From Hormoscilla sp. (GTDB lineage: Bacteria > Cyanobacteriota > Cyanobacteriia > Cyanobacteriales > Desertifilaceae), in contig JBFRWI010000149.1 of NCBI GenBank assembly GCA_051439505.1, positions 1 through 17,983 on the forward strand: 17,983 nucleotides of DNA. The letters run 5' to 3'. This document shows, piece by piece, positions 8,948 through 16,512 of the stretch. The position numbers and the translations under genes were made by a program. How positions within the stretch are numbered: position 1 is the first letter of the stretch; every line of letters begins with the position of its first letter. The notes under the pieces were generated by a model that was not told the origin of the DNA, searched no databases, and saw nothing but the letters and a program-made list of their open reading frames with translations.

Positions 8948-8980
8948 TTACCTGGAGGTGCAGACTGGAAGGAACGGAGA
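8948..8980 (+). pseudogene. 3'-terminal relic of an upstream DUF29-like copy
   Basis: TTACCTGGAGGTGCAGACTGGAAG (8948-8971) is identical to 9553-9576, which encodes LPGGADWK at the C-terminus of 9073..9591. The following intergenic DNA is also duplicated. Confidence 0.75.
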
Positions 8981-9072
8981 CATATTATCATTTTGCCAGA
9001 ACGACATGCGATCGCCTGGATTTGGCGCTATAATGAAATGAGCGGAGACGATCTCCGACAGGGAGGAGAATT

Positions 9073-9591
9073 ATGACTCAGGAACTAATGGACTTAAGGA
9101 CTAGCATTCTTGAGGGAAGGTATGAGGATGCTTTGCTAATTGTAGATGAACTAGAGGGAATGAGCAAACAGGGAATCCTGCGAAATATCGAATCATTTTT
9201 AGTCAGGATGCTGATGCCGTTGATTAAAAACCAAGTCGATCGGCGATTAACTAATTCTTGGGCGGCTTCAATTCGCGGTTCGCTGGTAGAAATAAAAAAG
9301 CTGAATCTCAAAGACAATAAAACATCTTATTACGTCAAATCGGATGAATGGGAGGAAATGCTTGCAGATGCATTAGAACTTGCTATAGGTGAGGCGAGTG
9401 TGGAAGTAATGGATGGTACTTACACTCCATTTCAACTTGAGGAGATGGTGGAAAAAAATCAGTTAATCCTGACTGCTAAGAGTCTATTGGATCTGACTTA
9501 CCGTCACTCGAAAAGAGCGTTACCCTCTGTTATTAATGATTATTTAAGTCAGTTACCTGGAGGTGCAGACTGGAAGAACGGGAAACGATAA
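9073..9591 (+). CDS. DUF29-like family protein (cyanobacterial)
   Basis: 172 aa; GGAGG RBS; TATAAT at 9029-9034; ELEGMSKQ...IESFLVRML.LIK.Q...RLTNSWAASI pattern recalled for cyanobacterial DUF29 proteins. Confidence 0.75.
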   Translation: MTQELMDLRTSILEGRYEDALLIVDELEGMSKQGILRNIESFLVRMLMPLIKNQVDRRLTNSWAASIRGSLVEIKKLNLKDNKTSYYVKSDEWEEMLADALELAIGEASVEVMDGTYTPFQLEEMVEKNQLILTAKSLLDLTYRHSKRALPSVINDYLSQLPGGADWKNGKR

Positions 9592-9684
9592 ATTATCATT
9601 TTGCTAGAACGACATGCGATCGCCCGTATTTTGTGATATCATCAAATTATCGGGAACAATGACCTTGGGACTGGGAGGATAATC

Positions 9685-9831
9685 ATGACTCAGGAACTAA
9701 TGGACTTAAGAACCAGCATCCTTGAGGAACGCTATGACGATGCTTTGGTAATTATCGACGATCTAGAGGGAATGAGCAAACAGGCAATCCTGCAAAAGAT
9801 TGCATCATTCCCTTACTTCCCGTCGGGTTGA
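9685..9831 (+). pseudogene. 3'-truncated paralog of the DUF29-like gene (48 aa)
   Basis: MTQELMDLRTSILEERYDDALVIIDDLEGMSKQAILQKIASF-PYFPSG*. The first 42 codons align with 9073..; GGAGG RBS retained; homology stops abruptly at about 9810. Confidence 0.85.
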
Positions 9832-9871
9832 AAATGGCTCAAACCCCCATGATTGCGTTCAAGAGATCCTC

Positions 9872-9891
9872 AACTCCGAACTCCGAACTCC
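9872..9891. repeat. Heptamer tandem repeat (AACTCCG), about 3 copies, STRR-like
   Basis: AACTCCG AACTCCG AACTCC just beyond the cheC stop. Confidence 0.7.
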
Positions 9892-9901
9892 ACCCCTCAC
9901 G

Positions 9902-10501
9902 TTATCCTACCTCCTCGATCGCCGCGAGCAAGGCATCGAAAGAACCGACATCGAAAAACAGCACGATGTCTCCTTGAACTTGCAGTTCCTCGATATCAAA
10001 ACGCGCTTGTGCCAAGAGCACAGTTGTGTTAGCATCAGACTGCTTGATTGGCATCAAATGCTCCACTTCCTCCTCTATATAAGTGGGAGGAACATAGGTG
10101 AGAGGCTTATCTAGCACATTCCCTATTGAACCCATCACACCGTTGATCACGATATTGCCTACTTCCGTGAGGGTGCCAATCTTCAGGGAATCCAGTTCTG
10201 GACTTTCGGGATCCTCCCCCGTGAGCACTGCTACTAGGGTTGCAGCACTCTCCGTGGGGAAAACTAGCTCGGCGGTCCCCGCAAAAGAGCCCGTGAAGTC
10301 CAGCTGCACTGCGGAAAGGGGATCTTTACCGAGGCGTCCTATTAGTTCTTCTTGCAACTCCATAGGGGAGAATAGCTGGATCACGGGAATCTGCAATCGG
10401 ATGCGGAATTCAATCATTTCATTCAACATCCCAGCCGCTTGACCAACACCTATGTTGATCAGCTCCTTCAAGGCATCCAATTGGTCGGCTGTTAGCTTCA
10501 C
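9902..10501 (-). CDS. cheC: CheC-family CheY-P phosphatase
   Basis: Two intact E-x-x-N sites (LDALKELINIGVGQAA; IGTLTEVGNIVING), plus F.GSFAG.AELVF and YVPP. Likely start GTG 10501 with AGGAG upstream (track start 10522). Confidence 0.88.
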   Translation of the reverse strand: MKLTADQLDALKELINIGVGQAAGMLNEMIEFRIRLQIPVIQLFSPMELQEELIGRLGKDPLSAVQLDFTGSFAGTAELVFPTESAATLVAVLTGEDPESPELDSLKIGTLTEVGNIVINGVMGSIGNVLDKPLTYVPPTYIEEEVEHLMPIKQSDANTTVLLAQARFDIEELQVQGDIVLFFDVGSFDALLAAIEEVG

Positions 10502-10511
10502 TGAATCTCTC

Positions 10512-10874
10512 CTATTTTCCACCTAGAGCTTTGCCGATCGCCTCGGTGATTTCCGGCGCTTTCGGAGGCTTATTCAGCATCATAAAGGCTCCCAGATCCA
10601 TGCATTGCTGACGGGCGCTTTCCTGGATGTCTGCTGAGAGCACGATTACCGGAATTTTTGACCCCCGATCGCGCAACTGCTGGAGCGTGCCAAAACCGTC
10701 CAGTTCCGGCATTAACAGATCCAGCAGAATACAATCAGGGCTATGGGCCGCCACCATCTCTAGGCATTCATTCCCATTGCCTGCTTCGATCGCCTCATGG
10801 TTATCTGCTTGCACTGCTTTTTTTATCATCCGGCGGGAAAACGCCGCATCGTCGGTAATTAAAATTAATGCCAT
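10512..10874 (-). CDS. Single-domain CheY-like response regulator
   Basis: 120 aa; ITDD, ILLDLLMPELDG, VLSAD and NKP, so all phosphorylation-site residues are present. Confidence 0.9.
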   Translation of the reverse strand: MALILITDDAAFSRRMIKKAVQADNHEAIEAGNGNECLEMVAAHSPDCILLDLLMPELDGFGTLQQLRDRGSKIPVIVLSADIQESARQQCMDLGAFMMLNKPPKAPEITEAIGKALGGK

Positions 10875-10926
10875 TTTCGGGAATTTTTCCTATACATTCT
10901 GTGGGACTATCGCGACCAAAGTTATT

Positions 10927-12171
10927 TTAGCTAGTTTGGTACTCAATTGAGCTTTCATATTCAATATTTTCGGCATCCTGGGCGAGGGTAAAGTAGAAGG
11001 TTGCCCCCTGGTTTATGGCTGCTTCTGCCCAGATACGCCCTCCGTGACTGTGAACGATCCGCTGCACCGTGGCCAGACCAATGCCTGTGCCTTCAAACTC
11101 AGACGCATTATGCAGCCGCCGAAAGGGAGTAAATAGTTTATCCGCCCTGTCCATATCAAAGCCTACACCATTATCGCGCAAAAAATATACCAGATCGTCA
11201 GGGGTCTTTTTTCCTGGGCAATTTGCAACATTACAAACACCGAATTCTATTGCAGTTTGCTTTTCCTTCGACGTATACTTCCAGGCATTCCCTACCAAGT
11301 TTTCTAGGGCGATCCGCAGCATATTTTCATCCCCTTGAATGATGATGTCCGGGGCGATCGAGAACTTTGCCTGTCGTTCCGGTTCCCTCATCTGGAGCGA
11401 TTTGGTAATATCGAACAGCATCGCACTCAAGTCCACTGGCTCCCATTTTAGCTCGCTGCGAACCGCTAGAGATAGATTCAGCAAGTCTTGGATCAGCTGC
11501 CCCATATCCCCGACCGCCTCACGAATCATTTGAATATAATGCTGGCCTTTCCCCTCTAGCTGGTTGGCGTATTTTGCTTGCAGTATATAGCTGAAACCAT
11601 CGATCGTTTGCAGTGGGTTCCGCAGGTCGTGGGATACCGTGTAGCTGAAGGTTTCTAGTTCTTTATTTAGGGCTTCTAGTTGCTCAGTACGCCTTTTCAG
11701 TTCTCTGTTAGCCGCTTCTAACTGTAAACTGCGCTTTTTTAGTTCTTCTTGGGTCCCCTTACGCTCAATGGCATAGCGGATCGCGTGGACTAGCAGTTCC
11801 GCGATCGCCGTGTTCTTGACTAGATAATCCTGGGCACCCTGCCGTACCGCCTGACTCGCTAGCTGTTCGTCATCCATCCCAGTTAGCACTACAATTGGTA
11901 AACTCGATGCCTGCTCTTGCAGGGTTAGGAATGTCTCCAGTCCTTGGCTGTCTGGTAAGGAAAGATCCAATAATATGACGTCAATTTTCTCTGCTGACAG
12001 GCGGGCGATCGCCTCTGATAACCGTTCCACATGAGTCAGCTTAAACCACAAACTATTGTTGTCCCGCTTTAACTTCTCTTCGATCAAGAAAGCGTCTCCG
12101 AGGTTATCTTCCACCAACAGGACTCTAATTATCTTCGCACCATTCCTTTCGCCCATATTCCCTTTCCCCAC
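10927..12171 (-). CDS. Hybrid histidine kinase: N-terminal REC, coiled coil, HisKA, HATPase
   Basis: LLVEDNLGD, ILLDLSLPDSQG, AQDYLVK; H-box ELETFSYTVSHDLRNPL; N-box ENLVGNAWKY; G1 DNGVGF; F box LFTPF; G2 GTGIGL. Confidence 0.92.
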   Translation of the reverse strand: MGKGNMGERNGAKIIRVLLVEDNLGDAFLIEEKLKRDNNSLWFKLTHVERLSEAIARLSAEKIDVILLDLSLPDSQGLETFLTLQEQASSLPIVVLTGMDDEQLASQAVRQGAQDYLVKNTAIAELLVHAIRYAIERKGTQEELKKRSLQLEAANRELKRRTEQLEALNKELETFSYTVSHDLRNPLQTIDGFSYILQAKYANQLEGKGQHYIQMIREAVGDMGQLIQDLLNLSLAVRSELKWEPVDLSAMLFDITKSLQMREPERQAKFSIAPDIIIQGDENMLRIALENLVGNAWKYTSKEKQTAIEFGVCNVANCPGKKTPDDLVYFLRDNGVGFDMDRADKLFTPFRRLHNASEFEGTGIGLATVQRIVHSHGGRIWAEAAINQGATFYFTLAQDAENIEYESSIEYQTS

Positions 12172-12203
12172 TTATCTTTCTTGTTTATTCCTCACGGTTT
12201 TAT

Positions 12204-12650
12204 TCACTCTGATGGTAGCTGAACTATATTGAACCAAAAGCTTTCAATCGAATTCACGACTTTCAGGAAATCATTGTATTCAAATGGTTTGGTAATATAG
12301 CAGCTAGCGTACAGCCTGTAGCTATTCAGGATATCTTGTTCCGCCCTTGAGGATGTGAGCACTACCACGGGAATTTCCTTGAGGTTTTCATCCCTTTTTA
12401 TTTCCGTCAACACCTCAAAGCCATTTTTCCTGGGCAGATTTAGATCCAGCAGGATCAGATGGGGACGGGGTGCCCGAGTATATTCTCCTTCTCGACGTAG
12501 ATAATTCACCGCCAACTCGCCGTCCGCTACCTGATGCAGGCTGTGGCGCACCGGGCTTTCATTCAGGGTACTGGTGATTAAAAATACGTCACCTGGGTTA
12601 TCTTCTACCAATAATATTTCCAGACTTTGACTGAGTTGATTACTATTCAT
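12204..12650 (-). CDS. Rcp1-type (phytochrome-associated) single-domain response regulator
   Basis: 148 aa; LLVEDNPGD, HLILLDLNLPRKNG, VVVLTSS, YITKP, C-terminal IESFWF. ATGA overlap with the upstream kinase. Confidence 0.9.
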   Translation of the reverse strand: MNSNQLSQSLEILLVEDNPGDVFLITSTLNESPVRHSLHQVADGELAVNYLRREGEYTRAPRPHLILLDLNLPRKNGFEVLTEIKRDENLKEIPVVVLTSSRAEQDILNSYRLYASCYITKPFEYNDFLKVVNSIESFWFNIVQLPSE

Positions 12651-13789
12651 TCTTGATTAGGTTTATCTGAGAGAGTAAATTTAAATGTCGATCCTATGCC
12701 CGGTGCTGACTCTACCCAAATGCGTCCGTCATGACGCTCGACAATTTTCTTGCAGATCGCCAGTCCGATGCCCGTGCCGGGATATTCCTGTCGCGTGTGC
12801 AGGCGCTGAAAGATCAGAAATACCCGCTCTTGCTGCTTTTCCTCGATACCTATACCATTATCCTTCACCCAGAACAGCCACTCACCCTCCTGGCGTGAGG
12901 ATCCTACATTTACTTCTGGGTCCTCTTCCCGGCGGTACTTAATCGCGTTGGAGAGCAGGTTCTGAAATAGCTGCACCAGTTGTCCTTCATCTGCTAGCAA
13001 TGTCGGCAGGGGGTCTGCGTTTATATCGGCACCACTCTGTGAGATCGCAAACTGGAGGTTGGCGATCGCTTTCTGTAAGGCCGCTTCCGAGTCTGTCAAC
13101 TGAAAGTCTTTCCCGTACCTCCCCACCCGCGAATACATCAGCAAATCATTAATCAGCGCCTGCATCCGGGTCGCCCCATCCACTGCGAAATTAATGATTT
13201 GGTCTGCTTGGGCATCCAGCTTGCCAGAGTACCGCTGTCCTAATAGTGTAGTAAAGCTGGTCACCATCCGCAAGGGCTCTTGTAAGTCATGGGAGGCCAC
13301 ATAGGCAAACTGTTCTAATTCGGCATTAGAACGTTTTAGTTCTGCCTCTGTCCGCTTCCGCTGCTTAATCTCTGCCTGGTACCGCTGGATCCGGTGGGTC
13401 AGTTCTGTCACATCCTGGATCGAGATCAGGGCGTAGAAACCGGGGTCATCGGTGAATGCTGGCACTGCCGTGATGGTGGTCTGCTGGATGCGGGGCCGAC
13501 CATTGGGCATTTCTGCGGGAATCACCGCCTGGTGCAGTTGGGAGGAAAACACCGCTGGAAACCCCTTCTCAAACACCTGTTGCAAGCGCAACTTATACTT
13601 AGGTGCTTGCAGATGGGGAAAACTGGCGTCAAGGGGCCTGCCGAGAATTTCCGCTGTCGGAATTTTCGTCCAGTCCGACAGGCAGCGGTTCCAAAACAGC
13701 ACCACCAAATCTTGCCGCAGCAGACACAAGCCCACTGGCACGTGATCCAGCATCCTCAACTTGCTTGCTGCTATCTCAATCTCTTTCAT
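12647..13789 (-). CDS. Soluble PAS histidine kinase with a Cph1/BphP-type transmitter, no GAF/PHY domain
   Basis: PAS-like LDHVPVGLCLL...VLFWN...EILGRPL...QDVT; LKRSNAELEQFAYVASHDLQEPLR; QLFQNLLSNAIKY; DNGIGI; FQRLH...YPGTGIGLAICKKIVERH. Confidence 0.92.
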   Translation of the reverse strand: MKEIEIAASKLRMLDHVPVGLCLLRQDLVVLFWNRCLSDWTKIPTAEILGRPLDASFPHLQAPKYKLRLQQVFEKGFPAVFSSQLHQAVIPAEMPNGRPRIQQTTITAVPAFTDDPGFYALISIQDVTELTHRIQRYQAEIKQRKRTEAELKRSNAELEQFAYVASHDLQEPLRMVTSFTTLLGQRYSGKLDAQADQIINFAVDGATRMQALINDLLMYSRVGRYGKDFQLTDSEAALQKAIANLQFAISQSGADINADPLPTLLADEGQLVQLFQNLLSNAIKYRREEDPEVNVGSSRQEGEWLFWVKDNGIGIEEKQQERVFLIFQRLHTRQEYPGTGIGLAICKKIVERHDGRIWVESAPGIGSTFKFTLSDKPNQE

Positions 13790-13805
13790 CTACCCCCAAA
13801 ACCCG

Positions 13806-14630
13806 TCATTTTTTTATTCTATAGCATACAGCTTTATCTAATTGTACTGGCTTGAAACCATCATCCAGATTCAGGGTGGTTTCCCCGCCCCCTAGAAACA
13901 GGTAGCCATCCGGTCGCAACAACTGCCGCACTCTACCTAGTATAGCCTGTTTTGTCTCAACTGAGAAATAGATCAGGAGGTTCCGCAGAAAGATAATGTC
14001 CATTTGGGGCATTGCTGGTGGCCAAGCTTTAGCTAGATTTAATTGGCTAAATTCTACCATTCTGCGGATTTCTGGGTCCATCTGCCACTTATTGTCAGAG
14101 TAGTGGAAATATTTTAATAATAGTGTTTGTGGCAGTCCACGGCTAATTTCCTGCTGATTGTAGCGTCCCTCACGAGCACGGGCTAATATTTCCTCAGAAA
14201 TGTCGCTCCCTAGCAACTGCACTTTCCATGTAATTAGCTGGGGAAAATTTTCTCTCAGTAGCATGGCGATGCTGTAGGGTTCCTGGCCACTGGAACAGGC
14301 GGCGGACCAAATACTCAGGCTACGACTGCTTTCTCGCTGTTTTATTAGTTCTGGCAAAATGGATTTCTTCAGCGCCTCGAAGGGATGCTTGTCGCGGAAA
14401 AATAATGTCTCCGTGGTCATCATTGCCTCGACTACCTGCTGTTGTAAATTCTTCCCTTGTTGCAGGCGCAGTTGCGCTACCAGTTCGCTCACGGAACCCA
14501 CTTCTATTTTCCTCGCTAATGCTGTCAAACGGGACTCTACTAGGTACTTTTTGTCCGACCCCAGCTCTACTGCTGCCCGATCGCGCACCAGTTGGCAAAT
14601 GTACTGAAAATCTGTTCCATTTATCGACAT
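13806..14630 (-). CDS. cheR: Protein-glutamate O-methyltransferase CheR
   Basis: KKYLVESRL, TTETLFFRD, IWSAACSSGQEPYS, GSDIS, DIIFLRNLLIYF, DGYLFLGGGE. Start uncertain (ATG 14630 or 14654). Confidence 0.95.
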   Translation of the reverse strand: MSINGTDFQYICQLVRDRAAVELGSDKKYLVESRLTALARKIEVGSVSELVAQLRLQQGKNLQQQVVEAMMTTETLFFRDKHPFEALKKSILPELIKQRESSRSLSIWSAACSSGQEPYSIAMLLRENFPQLITWKVQLLGSDISEEILARAREGRYNQQEISRGLPQTLLLKYFHYSDNKWQMDPEIRRMVEFSQLNLAKAWPPAMPQMDIIFLRNLLIYFSVETKQAILGRVRQLLRPDGYLFLGGGETTLNLDDGFKPVQLDKAVCYRIKK

Positions 14631-14711
14631 TGGCGCTATTTGTAAATTGTTCATTGTCAACTGGTTATTGTCAATTGTTATTGCCGCTCGACTATTTTCT
14701 CTTCTCTTTCA

Positions 14712-15731
14712 TTATTTCTTTTCAGATTTAAATAACAAATCTAGGAGTAATCTCGCTGGAAAAAAGAGGAAAAAGTTACCATCGATTTCCAGGTCTTTTA
14801 TCTGGAAATGTGACCGTGATAGAACTATGGTTGAATTATAACTCAAATCCAGTAAATACAATATTTCTGCTGTCGAACATTCTCTATGTTTGGGAGTTGC
14901 ATATTGCACTTGATAGTTAAACGCATTGCTTAAAGTCCCGATCGCACCATTGATGGCAACATTACCGATTTCAGCTAAAATATCAGCTTTAGATTGGGTA
15001 AATTCTTCAGGGGAACATTCTTCTTCAATGAAGTTCAATACTAGGGCGTCTGCTGCTTCTATTGATAATAATATCTGGGCCGAGCCAGAAAAATTACCAG
15101 AAAAATCAAGCTGGGCTACAGATAGTTCGTGGTCTCCTAACAGGACTGCTAGTTTTTTTTGCAACAGCAGTGGGGGAAATGCTTCATTCACGGGTTCGGC
15201 AAATTCAATTTCGCAGGAGATTAATTCACTCAAATATTCGAGCGCCATGGCGAGGGCGGAGCTAATGCTCGACTGCAAGCTAGTTTTGTCAAATATTTGC
15301 GAGTCGGTTAAATTAAACTCAAAATTAGGCATGGGTGCGACAACTTCCTGGATCTGCCGGGAAGCGATCGCCAGTTCAACGGTGCGGTGCAATTCTATTT
15401 TTTTGAGAGGTTTGTTAATAATAGCAAATATCCCTATATTGATAAAATACTGACTCAGATTTCCGGGGATATTCTCACCGATGATGATTATGGGGACATC
15501 CAAAAAATGGAGAAATTGAATGGCTAGCAAATAATTATTCTCAATCATTGAGAAATCTAGCACCACGCATCCAGGATGATGACATTCGGCAATATCCAGG
15601 CATTTGTATACGTCGCTAGCTTCCACAAATACATACTCTTCTGCTTGCAACGCGACACGTTGCCTCTGACGTTCTATGTCAGACTCACAGGCGATCAGAA
15701 TTAAATAAATTGGTTTAGAAAAAGTAGGCAT
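14712..15731 (-). CDS. Fusion of a degenerate receiver domain and a CheC-like domain
   Basis: 339 aa. N-half aligns by eye with the CheY at 10512 (LILI, QA, EA, CL, H.P.C..LD..M.E, NKP). C-half aligns with CheC (QLDFSGNFSGSAQI, AEIGNVAINGAIG). AT-rich. Confidence 0.8.
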   Translation of the reverse strand: MPTFSKPIYLILIACESDIERQRQRVALQAEEYVFVEASDVYKCLDIAECHHPGCVVLDFSMIENNYLLAIQFLHFLDVPIIIIGENIPGNLSQYFINIGIFAIINKPLKKIELHRTVELAIASRQIQEVVAPMPNFEFNLTDSQIFDKTSLQSSISSALAMALEYLSELISCEIEFAEPVNEAFPPLLLQKKLAVLLGDHELSVAQLDFSGNFSGSAQILLSIEAADALVLNFIEEECSPEEFTQSKADILAEIGNVAINGAIGTLSNAFNYQVQYATPKHRECSTAEILYLLDLSYNSTIVLSRSHFQIKDLEIDGNFFLFFPARLLLDLLFKSEKK

Positions 15732-15847
15732 TACCTATTAAGTAGTAGATCGGTTTTTTGTAAAAACATGGTTTCTGGGGTACTGGCGAACATATTAGCA
15801 AATCCTCGGTTTTGTTTCCGCACGAATGCCGCACTGGTATTATTCAG

Positions 15848-16230
15848 CTAAATCGATAACAACGGGACTCCATATAAATTAAATATCTTATCCCGCGTTA
15901 AAATTGTTAACCCTTCTGTCATAGCCTGAGCAATTAACAGCCGGTCAAATGGGTCTTTATGGTGCAACGGTAACCGTCCCAACCTCAAAACATGAGAAGG
16001 ATTCACCGCTAAAAACGATATTCCATTTTGACTTTGACTCTGATAAATTTTTTCTAAAGGTTGATTGACGGTTAACTTTCCCAACTGACTTTTAATTTGA
16101 ATTTCCCACAAACTCACAACACTGACAACACTGTATCCGGTTGCATCAAAAACTCCACAATCTCATTTGATAACTGTTGTGGCTGACTATCCCACCAAAT
16201 AAACGCATGAGTATCTAATAAAACTTTCAT
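15848..16230 (-). pseudogene. vapC: PIN-domain (VapC-like) toxin, frameshifted
   Basis: ATG 16230 (ATGA overlap with antitoxin): MKVLLDTHAFIWWDSQPQQLS...PDTVLSVL*, stop at 16116-16114. Another frame continues VSVVSLWEIQIKSQLGKL...LPLHHKDPFDRLLIAQA...LTILTRD. Span is 383 nt, not a multiple of 3. Confidence 0.85.
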
Positions 16231-16460
16231 AGACCCCAAAAAGCGTCAGGTAAAGGCTCATCAAAATCATCGCTCATCACCATTGCCCCATAATTTAACC
16301 CGACCTTGGATGTCACTGGTTGCTCAACTGGCAATGGCATAACCTTGGCCAAAGGCACTCCCGATACGCACAACAGCACCTCGGTCTGATTTTGAATATC
16401 AGACAATAAATCTATTAAGTTCTCAGATAACTTAGTAATCTCAAAAGTTTTCTGTGACAT
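16227..16460 (-). CDS. Type II antitoxin (Phd/YefM-like, with DUF2281-type C-terminal DDFDEPLP motif)
   Basis: 77 aa MSQKTFEI...EVLL...GVPLAKVMP...MSDDFDEPLPDAFWGL; GGAG RBS before ATG 16460; coupled to the PIN gene. The track's longer start overlaps cheB. Confidence 0.8.
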   Translation of the reverse strand: MSQKTFEITKLSENLIDLLSDIQNQTEVLLCVSGVPLAKVMPLPVEQPVTSKVGLNYGAMVMSDDFDEPLPDAFWGL

Positions 16461-16512
16461 TTTCAGCTCCCCCAACCTTCCCAGTAATGTCAAGTATAAT
16501 ATTATTTCGGTG

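Noticed and set aside
7096..9039. Shared 13-mer GCTATAATGAAAT at 7096 and 9027
   Set aside because: Largely explained by the -10 consensus in AT-rich context; no further homology.
12647..13789. Calling this kinase a phytochrome (cph1)
   Set aside because: Only 380 aa, with no GAF/PHY chromophore module.
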